IMG/VR virus record: IMGVR_UViG_3300038312_000108
Span: 1-29,978 of that record
From: a virus
Taxonomy: Duplodnaviria; Caudoviricetes
DNA length: 29,978 nucleotides
Strand: one strand, 5' to 3'
Made by a program: the position numbers and the translations under genes. The notes under the pieces were generated by a model. It made no database searches. It was not told where the DNA came from and saw only the letters and a list, made by a program, of their open reading frames with translations. Shown here in pieces: positions 9,398 to 18,054 of this stretch. The number at the start of each line of letters is the position of its first letter. Position 1 is the first letter of the stretch.

Positions 9398-9523
9398 ATC
9401 CCAATTAGGTATCTAAATGGGACATTTGAAAAAATGAGTATTAAAGAGTAGAACGAGGGATTAGAGACATACAAAGAGATATTTTAAAAATTTACAATGT
9501 CCCACTTAGACCTTAAATGGGAT
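9398..9523. repeat. Imperfect ~28-bp inverted repeat pair
   Basis: ATCCCAATTAGGTATCTAAATGGGACATT ... AATGTCCCACTTAGACCTTAAATGGGAT. Confidence 0.65.
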
Positions 9524-9564
9524 GTGATTTTTAATCAATTTCCAATAAAGTGTGGTGAAAAAAT

Positions 9565-11424
9565 TTGTTTAAAGGATATATACCAACAAAAGGCAAGAAG
9601 CCATTAGAAGAATATAAAGATCGTACCAAATTTTATACTTATGAATATATAAGAAAAAGTAACTCTGATTATGGTGGAATTCTTGATGATAATATGATTC
9701 AAATTGATGTTGATGATGCTAACCAATCAGAAATATTATATAAAATTATACAAGATCAGCATATCCAATGTGGAACATTAAAAACAGAGCGTGGCAGACA
9801 TTTTTATTTTATTAATCCAGGAATAGAACGAAGAAAACAGGGCTATTATACGGCAATTGGAATAAAAATAGATATTGGCTTAGGCTCACAAAATGCAGTA
9901 ATACCACTTAAAGTAAATGGTAAAACAAGAAGATTAACGAAATGTGATAATCCCCAGGAACTTCCCAAATGGTTATACCCACTTAGTAAAACATCGATAG
10001 ATTTTTCAAGTATGTCGGAAGGTGACGGCAGAAATCAAACATTATTTAATTATATTCTTACATTACAGGGTGCCGGAATGAGTGTCCCTGATATTAAAGA
10101 AACAATAAAGATAATAAATAAATATATTTTGCAGCAGCCACTTCCAGAACATGAGATTAATACAATACTTCGTGATGAAGCTTTCATGAAAGAATCATTT
10201 TATATTAAAGGTAAGCTGCAATATGAGGATCTTGCTAAATACCTCATTGAAAATCAAAACATTGTAAAAATTAATAATCAACTGCACATATATAAAGATG
10301 GTGTTTATACAAATAACCTTAATGAAATAGAAAAATCTATGTTGAAATATATAAATAATTCAACCAAAAATATAAGAAATGAAGTTATAAACTATCTTAA
10401 TTTGTTAGCTCCAGAACAGGTACAAGCATCATCAAATTTAATAGCTTTGGGTAATGGAATATTTAATATAGCAACTAAACAGCTACAAGATTTTAATCCA
10501 AAAATAATTATTAAAAATAAAATTCCAATAAATTATAATCCTGAAGCATATTCAGAAATAGTTGATATAACTCTAAATAAAATATGTTGTAATGATAAAC
10601 AACTCCGGCTGTTAATTGAAGAAATGATAGGATATACATTATTCAGGCGTAATGAATTGAGAAAATGTTTTATTCTTACTGGTAATGGACAAAACGGTAA
10701 ATCAACTTTACTTAAAGTAATAAAAGCAATGTTAGGCAATGATAATTTATCATCAGTAAGTTTAAAAGAACTTGGAGATCGATTCAAGACTTATCAGCTT
10801 GAAGGAAAGTTAGCTAATATCGGTGATGATATTTCTAACAAATATATTGATGATAATGAAACTTTTAAAAAATTGGTTACAGGTGAGACCGTCAATGTTG
10901 AGCGTAAAGGTAAGGACCCTTTTGATTTTGAAAATTACAGTAAATTAATTTTTAGTGCGAATGATCTTCCACGTATTAATGATTTGTCAGACGGCTTAAA
11001 AAGCAGACTTATATTTATACCTTTTAATGCAAAATTTACTAAAGATGATCCCGATTTTGATCCATTCATAAAGGATAAGTTACTTACCAATGAATCACTT
11101 GAATATCTGCTTAAAATAAGTATTACAGCACTTGAAAGGATATTAAAAAACAATAGTTTTACAGCTTCTAAAGCATCACAACAAATATGGCAGCAGTATG
11201 AAGAAATTAATAATCCTGTTATTGCATTCTTAGAAGACAACAAAATTGAGAATGAACCTACGAAAGATATTTATTTACGATACTCACTATATTGCAGTGA
11301 AAGCGGGCTTAAAGCTTTAAGCAGGATAGCATTTTCAAGAGAAGTTTGTAAACATGGTTTTAATACAGATAAAAAAATAAAAGGTGAAAGAATATTTCAG
11401 AAAAATCCAGATGTGGACAGATAA
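9565..11424 (+). CDS. P4/D5-family primase-helicase (prim-pol, PriCT, SF3 helicase)
   Basis: IDVD, TERGRHFYF, GDGRNQTLF, Walker A GNGQNGKST, GDD, FSAN. Confidence 0.92.
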   Translation: MFKGYIPTKGKKPLEEYKDRTKFYTYEYIRKSNSDYGGILDDNMIQIDVDDANQSEILYKIIQDQHIQCGTLKTERGRHFYFINPGIERRKQGYYTAIGIKIDIGLGSQNAVIPLKVNGKTRRLTKCDNPQELPKWLYPLSKTSIDFSSMSEGDGRNQTLFNYILTLQGAGMSVPDIKETIKIINKYILQQPLPEHEINTILRDEAFMKESFYIKGKLQYEDLAKYLIENQNIVKINNQLHIYKDGVYTNNLNEIEKSMLKYINNSTKNIRNEVINYLNLLAPEQVQASSNLIALGNGIFNIATKQLQDFNPKIIIKNKIPINYNPEAYSEIVDITLNKICCNDKQLRLLIEEMIGYTLFRRNELRKCFILTGNGQNGKSTLLKVIKAMLGNDNLSSVSLKELGDRFKTYQLEGKLANIGDDISNKYIDDNETFKKLVTGETVNVERKGKDPFDFENYSKLIFSANDLPRINDLSDGLKSRLIFIPFNAKFTKDDPDFDPFIKDKLLTNESLEYLLKISITALERILKNNSFTASKASQQIWQQYEEINNPVIAFLEDNKIENEPTKDIYLRYSLYCSESGLKALSRIAFSREVCKHGFNTDKKIKGERIFQKNPDVDR

Positions 11425-11672
11425 AGACAGATAAATTTAATCATCTGGAAGCCAATATAATGTAGTAATAGCAACAGTTTAAAGTATGTTAAGGACAGAT
11501 GGACAGATAAATTTATATTCTTTTATATAAAGAAAAGTAAAATATAAACTTTATAAATATATAATAAAGAATTTATATATATCTGTCCACGAATTTCAAT
11601 AAAAAAGTAGCTTTTAAGTATTGATATGACTAAGTTTTAAAGGTTGCCAGATGTATTTAATATCTGTCCAGA
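11410..11672. other. Putative phage replication origin
   Basis: Four direct GACAGAT repeats (11416, 11426, 11494, 11502) and two inverted ATCTGTCC (11581, 11662) flank an almost pure AT core (11510-11580); lies right after the primase gene. Confidence 0.7.
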
Positions 11673-11697
11673 TGATAAAAAGGAGATGAATAATATA

Positions 11698-12123
11698 ATG
11701 TCAAATTTCAGCAAAGTAGAATATCTTTTATATAATTACAAAAATATACAGGCACAAATTAAAAATATAGATATTGAAATAAATGAAATACAAAAAGATT
11801 ATACCGGATGCAGTGCTATAAATTATAAAGAAAAATCAGGACAAACATATAAATTTAATTCAAATGTAGAAAATGAAGTTGTATCAAAAGAAAAAAGAAT
11901 CAATTATTTAAATTCAATAAGAGATCATAAACAAAGCCAGATTGATAAAATAAACAATGCTTTAGATACATTGACAAAACGTGAAAATGAAATAATTAAA
12001 ATGAGATACTTTGAAAAAATTACAAATAGAAGAATAGCAGAAAAACTTGATTTGACAGAACAATATATATCTAAAGTAAATACAAATATTATCAATAGAT
12101 TCGCTATTTTAATCTTTTTATAA
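11698..12123 (+). CDS. ArpU/RinA-like late transcriptional activator (sigma-70 region 4 HTH)
   Basis: 'INNALDTLTKRENEIIKMRYFEKITNRRIAEKLDLTEQYI'; directly upstream of terS; RBS AAGGAG favours ATG 11698 (or 11686). Confidence 0.8.
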   Translation: MSNFSKVEYLLYNYKNIQAQIKNIDIEINEIQKDYTGCSAINYKEKSGQTYKFNSNVENEVVSKEKRINYLNSIRDHKQSQIDKINNALDTLTKRENEIIKMRYFEKITNRRIAEKLDLTEQYISKVNTNIINRFAILIFL

Positions 12124-12211
12124 ATTAATATTAATTAATGTTTAAGTCAAGATTAAAACATAATGATAAGATGTTAATAATGAATAATTTATAGCGTTAG
12201 GAGGTGCAGGA

Positions 12212-12613
12212 ATGCTAACAGAAGCTCAAATTGAATGTATAAAGTTATTGGTAAAAGGTGTAACAATTACTGATATTTCAGAGGAATTAAATGTAAGTCG
12301 TACAACTATATATGCATGGAAAGAGATACCTGAATTTAAGGCTGAGCTGGACAAACTCGAACAGGAATATTTAACTGCAGCAAGCAATAGTCTTAAGTAT
12401 GCTGCACCTTATGCGGCTAAGAAGCTCATAAAACTACTCAATGGACACTATGAGAAAACCCAGTTAGATGCTGCTATCAATGTGTTGGATAGAACTACAG
12501 GCAAAGCAACAACGAAGGTTGAAGTAAGTGATAAACAGGATAAAGATCATGTATCAAAGGATGTGCTAGAAGATGAATTTAAGGAAATAGATAACAAAAC
12601 AGACAATGAATAA
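12212..12613 (+). CDS. Terminase small subunit-like HTH protein (phBC6A51-like)
   Basis: N-terminal HTH 'ITDISEELNVSRTTIYAWK..PEFKAEL'; RBS AGGAGGTG; upstream of terL. Confidence 0.75.
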   Translation: MLTEAQIECIKLLVKGVTITDISEELNVSRTTIYAWKEIPEFKAELDKLEQEYLTAASNSLKYAAPYAAKKLIKLLNGHYEKTQLDAAINVLDRTTGKATTKVEVSDKQDKDHVSKDVLEDEFKEIDNKTDNE

Positions 12614-12739
12614 AACGTGTATAATTAATGTATAAGCACATGATAATATTATAAATATACTACATCGTAATGTATAAAGCATTAAGCAGAATGTATTGAA
12701 TAACCATAAAGCCTTATACATCAATAGTTGTAAGGAAAC

Positions 12740-12781
12740 TTCAAACATTTCGCTAAATCTTGATTTAGCGAAATGTTTGAA
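12740..12781. repeat. 42-bp near-perfect palindrome
   Basis: TTCAAACATTTCGCTAAATC-TT-GATTTAGCGAAATGTTTGAA (two perfect 20-bp arms). Confidence 0.92.
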
Positions 12782-12934
12782 TAAAGCATATATTGGAGCG
12801 ACCGGTAGGGGGTGCCATTCTAAATCGGGAATGGGCAAACCTGCCTGCGTTGGGTTTCACATTTTCCGCAATATTTTTTTGAACTTGGGTTGCCAGTGCA
12901 GACAACCCTGACATAAAATCCCCCTCTTAAATTA

Positions 12935-12969
12935 AGGTACCTGGTGAAAATTAGACAGGTACCTTTTTT
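12935..12969 (+). terminator. Rho-independent terminator-like hairpin
   Basis: AGGTACCTG-N12-CAGGTACCT followed by TTTTT. Confidence 0.6.
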
Positions 12970-12973
12970 ACAT

Positions 12974-13057
12974 GCCAGAATAGCTTAACGATAAAGCACT
13001 AGGGTGCGCACATAAAAAGACTAGGGAACAGTGGCTTAACTTCACTCTCCAACACCA
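12974..13057 (+). pseudogene. Degenerate tRNA-like sequence
   Basis: D-arm-like TAGCTTAACGATAAAGC, T-arm-like AGTGGCTTAACTTCACT and terminal ACCA; acceptor stem is unpaired and the anticodon arm is aberrant. Confidence 0.45.
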
Positions 13058-13075
13058 ATAATTTAAAAGGACTGA

Positions 13076-14776
13076 TTGATTATGTATGATGAAGATAGCG
13101 AAAATCGTAAATTACTGTATAAATACCTAAAAAAACATTTTGGCAAGGATAAAGCGCAAGACTTGATGCTTACCTATGCAGATCATTTATTCGATTATCA
13201 TGGCCTTGCATGGTCACTTGGCAAACATGATCTTGAGTTTTTCTGTATGTACTTCTTACAAGATACATTTTTGCCAAAGCCGGATAATGCGGCTCGTAGA
13301 TTAGCCCCAATACATTATGAACTATGGCATGAGGCCGAAGAAATGTTCATTTATGATAAATTTGATAAATTTGAGGCTGTAGTTCCAAGAGGCACAGCAA
13401 AAACGACTGTTATGGATTTTGGGGTTTCAGTTTGGCTGCATTGTTATAAAATCTCATATTACACTATTGTAATTGGTAAAGTTGAGCAGGATTCTATTGA
13501 CTTTATAGCAAATACAAAGCAAGCATTTGAAGAAAATCAATATATTAAAAAAGCATTTGGAAATTTACTCGATTCCAGAAATTACACAGTTAATAAACTG
13601 GAGCTGGAGCTTACAAACGGTACTAAAATACAAGCTCTTTCTTCAACAAGTAGTATACGAGGCAAAAAATATGGTAATCATAGACCTTCTGTTATAATTT
13701 CTGATGATATGCAGGGGCAATCTGATATTATTACTCAAGAGGCACGAGATAAAAAGTATAATACATGGTGTGAAGATACTGAATATGCAGGCGATAAAGC
13801 TGTATACCGTGATGGAAAGAAAATAAAAATGGCCACGAAATTTATAGTGCTTGGTACCATACTTCATAGAGACTGTTTTATAAGCAGATTGCTTAAAAAT
13901 AAAGACTATAAACATATTTTAAAACGGGTTGTGGAGTTCAACGTTGATGAATATTTTAATACTGGGCTTTGGGATAAATTTAGAAAAATATATCAAGATG
14001 ATAAGCTAAAAGATTCAAAAGCTCATGCAACAGAATTTTATTACCAGCACGAAACAGATATGAAATTTGAAACTATATGGCCAGATAAATTTAAATGCTG
14101 TGATCTAGCATTAGATTATTTTAAAAATCCTATTGCCTTTAAGCAAGAAATGATGAACGACGCAAGTAAAATCGGTGAAAAGTGGTTTAAATCTATAGCA
14201 ACGCAAACACCGGAAGAAATTGAAGAACATAATTTTGAAAAAACAATGTTGGTTGCCGATCCTGCAAGTAGTGTGGACAAAAAAGCTGATTATTCTGCTT
14301 TTGCAGTTGGCAGTGTGGCTGATAATGGTTTCAGATATATTCGCAAAGGCATAATTGAAAGACTTGGATTTGATGATTTCTGTAAGAAAATAATTGAACT
14401 GTTTAAAAAATATCCAGACATTACTCATATTGATATTGAAAAAAATCTTTATATGGGTGCTGATATTTCAAAGATTAAAGAATTAATTGCAAAAGATCCT
14501 GATTTAAAATATCGGGATGTTACTTTTATAAATGAAATGCAGAAAAAAAATAAAGATGAAAAAATTAGTACTATTATAGGGGCTGTAAACAATGGACAAA
14601 TAATTTTTAATGCTGATGATAAAGAACCAATACAACAAATACTTGACTTTTGTGGGCAAGATTTTAGTTTACATGATGATTTCCCTGATGTTGTAAGCCA
14701 GTTTGATATTGATGTAAAGAATATAGAAGTAATTCAAAAAGTTGAGTTATTTGACCGTAGAAAATTGGGATTATAG
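13076..14776 (+). CDS. terL: Terminase large subunit
   Basis: PRGTAKTT (Walker A-like), IISDD (Walker B), nuclease motifs ADPA..DYSA and HDDFPD. Confidence 0.92.
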   Translation: MIMYDEDSENRKLLYKYLKKHFGKDKAQDLMLTYADHLFDYHGLAWSLGKHDLEFFCMYFLQDTFLPKPDNAARRLAPIHYELWHEAEEMFIYDKFDKFEAVVPRGTAKTTVMDFGVSVWLHCYKISYYTIVIGKVEQDSIDFIANTKQAFEENQYIKKAFGNLLDSRNYTVNKLELELTNGTKIQALSSTSSIRGKKYGNHRPSVIISDDMQGQSDIITQEARDKKYNTWCEDTEYAGDKAVYRDGKKIKMATKFIVLGTILHRDCFISRLLKNKDYKHILKRVVEFNVDEYFNTGLWDKFRKIYQDDKLKDSKAHATEFYYQHETDMKFETIWPDKFKCCDLALDYFKNPIAFKQEMMNDASKIGEKWFKSIATQTPEEIEEHNFEKTMLVADPASSVDKKADYSAFAVGSVADNGFRYIRKGIIERLGFDDFCKKIIELFKKYPDITHIDIEKNLYMGADISKIKELIAKDPDLKYRDVTFINEMQKKNKDEKISTIIGAVNNGQIIFNADDKEPIQQILDFCGQDFSLHDDFPDVVSQFDIDVKNIEVIQKVELFDRRKLGL

Positions 14777-14784
14777 GAGGTGAA

Positions 14785-14815
14785 AAGACGAATAGTATTA
14801 TTTGCTATTCGTCTT
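14785..14815. terminator. 11-bp hairpin at left edge of cassette 2
   Basis: AAGACGAATAG-N9-CTATTCGTCTT between convergent terL and RHH genes. Confidence 0.6.
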
Positions 14816-14953
14816 AGATAAATAGTCTTTTAATGCAGTCTCTAATATTTTGCTAATTGGTATCATTGTTTTTGTCGAATATTCTTTTAATTGTTTTAAT
14901 AAGTTTGTCGGTAGCGTCGAACTGAAACGTTCGCGATTTTTTAACATCCTCAT
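14798..14953 (-). CDS. Ribbon-helix-helix regulator (51 aa; absent from ORF track)
   Basis: MRMLKNRERFSSTLPTNLLKQLKEYSTKTMIPISKILETALKDYLSKTNSK; RBS GAGGTGA. Confidence 0.8.
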   Translation of the reverse strand: MRMLKNRERFSSTLPTNLLKQLKEYSTKTMIPISKILETALKDYLSKTNSK

Positions 14954-14971
14954 AAAATCACCTCTATTAAT

Positions 14972-15032
14972 ATTATAAGCTTAAATAAAATTAATACAAG
15001 TTGTTGAAGCTTAATTAAGCTTATGATATAAT
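14972..15032. promoter_or_regulatory. Divergent sigma-A promoters with AAGCTT operators
   Basis: + strand TTGAAG (15004)-17 nt-TATAAT (15027) with TG extension, overlapping the perfect palindrome AAGCTTAATTAAGCTT (15007-15022). Minus strand TTGTAT (14999)-16 nt-TATAAT (14977), abutting TAAGCTTA (14976-14983). Confidence 0.75.
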
Positions 15033-15040
15033 ATATATGG

Positions 15041-15748
15041 GTGATAAAAGTGAAAAGTGGAATATACAAAATAACAAATTTAGTAAATAATAAAGTTTAT
15101 ATAGGACAAAGCGTAAATCTTTACAAGAGATTTTCATATCATATGCAAGATTTGAGGAATAAAAGACATGCAAACAAGCATTTACAAAGTGCATGGAATA
15201 GATATGGAGAACATAACTTTAATTTTGAAATAATTGAGATATGTAATGAGAAAATACTTGATATGCGTGAACAATATTGGATAAAATATTTTAAATCTAC
15301 CAATAGGAAGTTTGGTTATAATTTAGAAGATGGAGGAAATAAGAATAAACATTTAACTGAAGAAGTGAAAAAGAAGATAGGAGAATCTAATAAAGGGCAC
15401 AAAATGCCAGAAGAAGTTAAACAAAAATTAAGAGAATGTCATTTAGGGAAACAGCTTTCTTTAGAAGTGCGAAAAAAGTTAAGTATGGCAAATAAAGGTA
15501 AACACAGAACGGAAAAACAGAAGGAAATGCTTAGAAAATTTCATAAAGGTAAACCATTATCGGAGGAAACAAAACAGAAACTTAGTGAATCTCATAAAAT
15601 ATTGAACAAAAAACAAGTGATTGAGATACGCGCAAAATTTGCTGTAGGCAATTATAAACAAAGGCAATTAGCTGTAGAATATAATTGTTGTAATGCCACA
15701 ATTAATAATATCGTTCATTATAAAGGGGGATATAGAAAGGGGAATTAA
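15041..15748 (+). CDS. Free-standing GIY-YIG homing endonuclease with NUMOD3 repeats
   Basis: GIYKITNLVNNKVYIGQS; conserved R, E (REQYWI) and N (GYN); about five NUMOD3-like repeats (e.g. LSEETKQKLSESHK); C-terminal HTH. Confidence 0.92.
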   Translation: MIKVKSGIYKITNLVNNKVYIGQSVNLYKRFSYHMQDLRNKRHANKHLQSAWNRYGEHNFNFEIIEICNEKILDMREQYWIKYFKSTNRKFGYNLEDGGNKNKHLTEEVKKKIGESNKGHKMPEEVKQKLRECHLGKQLSLEVRKKLSMANKGKHRTEKQKEMLRKFHKGKPLSEETKQKLSESHKILNKKQVIEIRAKFAVGNYKQRQLAVEYNCCNATINNIVHYKGGYRKGN

Positions 15749-15749
15749 A

Positions 15750-17192
15750 ATGGTTGATGCTGAATTATTAAAAAAATGCAAACAAGACTTTGATGCCAAA
15801 CTTCCATTATATATGACAATGCAAAGATATTACGACGGGCATACGGATGCGTTAGAGAAATACCAAATGATTACTAAAAGAGCTAACACTAAAGTTAGAT
15901 GCAACTTTATACAAAAATTTGTAAATGAGGAATCATCCTACTGTATGGGTAATAAAGTAACTTACACTTCACATTCGGGTAATCCGGACGTAGTTGAGGA
16001 TATAAGGTTTAATTTTCGCCACTGGAGAGAGAAACACAACAAGGAATTATGCAAGCAGTCTTTAATTTTTAATGAAGCTTATGAACTTTATTATATTGAT
16101 TCTAACGGCTTGTTTAATAGCTTGATTTGTACCCCATTGGACAGTTATATTCTTCAGGATGATTATGGTAATGTGATACTTTTTATCAGGTTTTGGACTA
16201 AAAAATTTGACACCATGAAGCAGTTGTATGCAGATGTTTATACTGTTGATACCATTGAGCATTATAGCGTTGTAGGGGATGTATTTACACCAATAACACC
16301 AAGCACTGATGAAATAGTAAAGGGTAATAATAATAGCAGCACAGGATTTAATAATATTACAGGTATAGGACCGGTTAATAATAATGCTGATGTGAATGTA
16401 TTTTCTCAGGTACCTGTAGGAATTGTAAATATAGGGACTATGGACGAAAGCCTTTATGCTATGTTGAAAGGTTTGGAAGATGGCTATGAAACAAACCTCT
16501 CAGATATGGTAAATGAAATATCTGATTTCCGTAATGCATATCTTGTTTTTAAAAATTGTAAGCTTGATGATAAAACCAAGGATGAAAATGGTAAAACTCA
16601 ACTTGATAGGATGAAAGAATTAGGCGTAATGAATTTACCAGGGCAAAATACGGATGCCAAATGGTTAATTAAAGAAATAAATGATTCCTTTGTACAGAAT
16701 ACATTAAATACTCTTGAGGATAAAATGTATCAGTTAAGCAGCCATATTAATAATAATGAAAAATTAGTTTCCAATACTTCAAGCTTGGCATTAAGAAACC
16801 GTCTTATAGGACTTGAAGAGAAATGCACAAATAATATTCAGGCTCTTATTGATTGCATAAAGGTAAGGTTAAAATTCTTATTTGAATACCTGAAGATTAA
16901 ACAAAATAAGGATTACGACTGGAAAGACATTGACATTAAGATAACTCCTAATATTCCAACAGATGATCTTATGACCAGTCAGATAATTTCACAATTAAAC
17001 GGTAAATTAAGCACAAAGACAGGGCTTGCACAGCTTTCATTTGTTGATAATCCTGATAATGAAATGAAAGAATTGCAGAAAGAAAATGAAGCTAATAATA
17101 TCGGAAATGATTTATTAAATAGTTCTGGCAATGGTGGTGATACAGGTGGCAAAGCTAAATCAACAGTACCAAAGTCTAATACTGCAGATTAA
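15750..17192 (+). CDS. SPP1 gp6-type portal protein
   Basis: YYDG, CNFIQKFVNEE, AKWLIK, SSLALR, LSFVDNP; RBS-supported ATG at 15750. Confidence 0.9.
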   Translation: MVDAELLKKCKQDFDAKLPLYMTMQRYYDGHTDALEKYQMITKRANTKVRCNFIQKFVNEESSYCMGNKVTYTSHSGNPDVVEDIRFNFRHWREKHNKELCKQSLIFNEAYELYYIDSNGLFNSLICTPLDSYILQDDYGNVILFIRFWTKKFDTMKQLYADVYTVDTIEHYSVVGDVFTPITPSTDEIVKGNNNSSTGFNNITGIGPVNNNADVNVFSQVPVGIVNIGTMDESLYAMLKGLEDGYETNLSDMVNEISDFRNAYLVFKNCKLDDKTKDENGKTQLDRMKELGVMNLPGQNTDAKWLIKEINDSFVQNTLNTLEDKMYQLSSHINNNEKLVSNTSSLALRNRLIGLEEKCTNNIQALIDCIKVRLKFLFEYLKIKQNKDYDWKDIDIKITPNIPTDDLMTSQIISQLNGKLSTKTGLAQLSFVDNPDNEMKELQKENEANNIGNDLLNSSGNGGDTGGKAKSTVPKSNTAD

Positions 17193-18054
17193 ACAGGATG
17201 CTGATGATTTTGCAGATGAACAAATGCAAACCGTTTATAAAAATCAAAAGGATCATTTGACAGAACTGCATAAATATTTAGGACTCTTATTTATTGCTTA
17301 TGCTGTAGATGGATTGCTAAAAGTTACTCCATATCAGAAATCTAATATTTTATCTGACTTAAATTCTAAATTAACATCTATGGCAAAAGATATGGGAAAC
17401 ACGGAAGCAAACAAGGTAACAGATATTTTAAAGAAGAATTATGCAGATACTTATTATAAAAATGCTTATGTAATTGACAGCGGTATAAATATTAATCTTA
17501 AATTCAACATGCTCAAAAAAGAGCATATTGATGCAGCAGTAAATAATCCAATGAATGGAGAAGTTTTTAGCAGCCGTATATGGCAAAATAAAGCCACTGT
17601 TGTGGATAAAGTCAAACAAGGTATAGCAGACGCTATGAATGGTGATACCACGATAGACAAGCTTGGAAAGGATATTCAGACCGCTTTTAATGTTGGTGCT
17701 TATGAGAGCCAGCGATTAGTCAATACAGAAAATGCAAGAGTGCAAAGTCAAGCCATTGATGATATTGGAGAGAGTGCAGGCGTTGAAAAACAGATGTATT
17801 GTGCAACTCTTGAAGCGAATACATGCTCTGAATGTGCTGAACTTGATGGACAATATTTTGATATTGATGATGATTCAAAACCGCAAATACCTGAAGATAC
17901 ACATCCTGGATGCAGATGTTTATATATAAATGTTCCACCAGTAGAAAACTGGAAACCCACTAAAAGAAAAGATAATTCTTCAAAAGAAATAATTGACTAC
18001 GAAGATTATAGCCAATGGCTTAAAAATAAAGGAATAGGGGTTGATGGAGAATGA
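17146..18054 (+). CDS. Minor capsid protein (SPP1 gp7 / MuF-like)
   Basis: FSSRIW, RLVNTENARV, TCSECAELDG, HPGCRC. Confidence 0.88.
   Translation: MAKLNQQYQSLILQIKQDADDFADEQMQTVYKNQKDHLTELHKYLGLLFIAYAVDGLLKVTPYQKSNILSDLNSKLTSMAKDMGNTEANKVTDILKKNYADTYYKNAYVIDSGININLKFNMLKKEHIDAAVNNPMNGEVFSSRIWQNKATVVDKVKQGIADAMNGDTTIDKLGKDIQTAFNVGAYESQRLVNTENARVQSQAIDDIGESAGVEKQMYCATLEANTCSECAELDGQYFDIDDDSKPQIPEDTHPGCRCLYINVPPVENWKPTKRKDNSSKEIIDYEDYSQWLKNKGIGVDGE

Noticed and set aside
12566-12911. ORFs 12566-12838 (-) and 12696-12911 (+)
   Set aside because: No RBS, atypical composition, and both cross a palindrome and GC-rich structured DNA; probably non-coding.
6472-14776. Inteins in polymerase, primase or terminase
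   Set aside because: Protein lengths are ordinary and no intein splice-junction or LAGLIDADG motifs are seen.
15693-15749. Upstream extension of the portal ORF
   Set aside because: It overlaps the GIY-YIG gene; the RBS supports ATG 15750.
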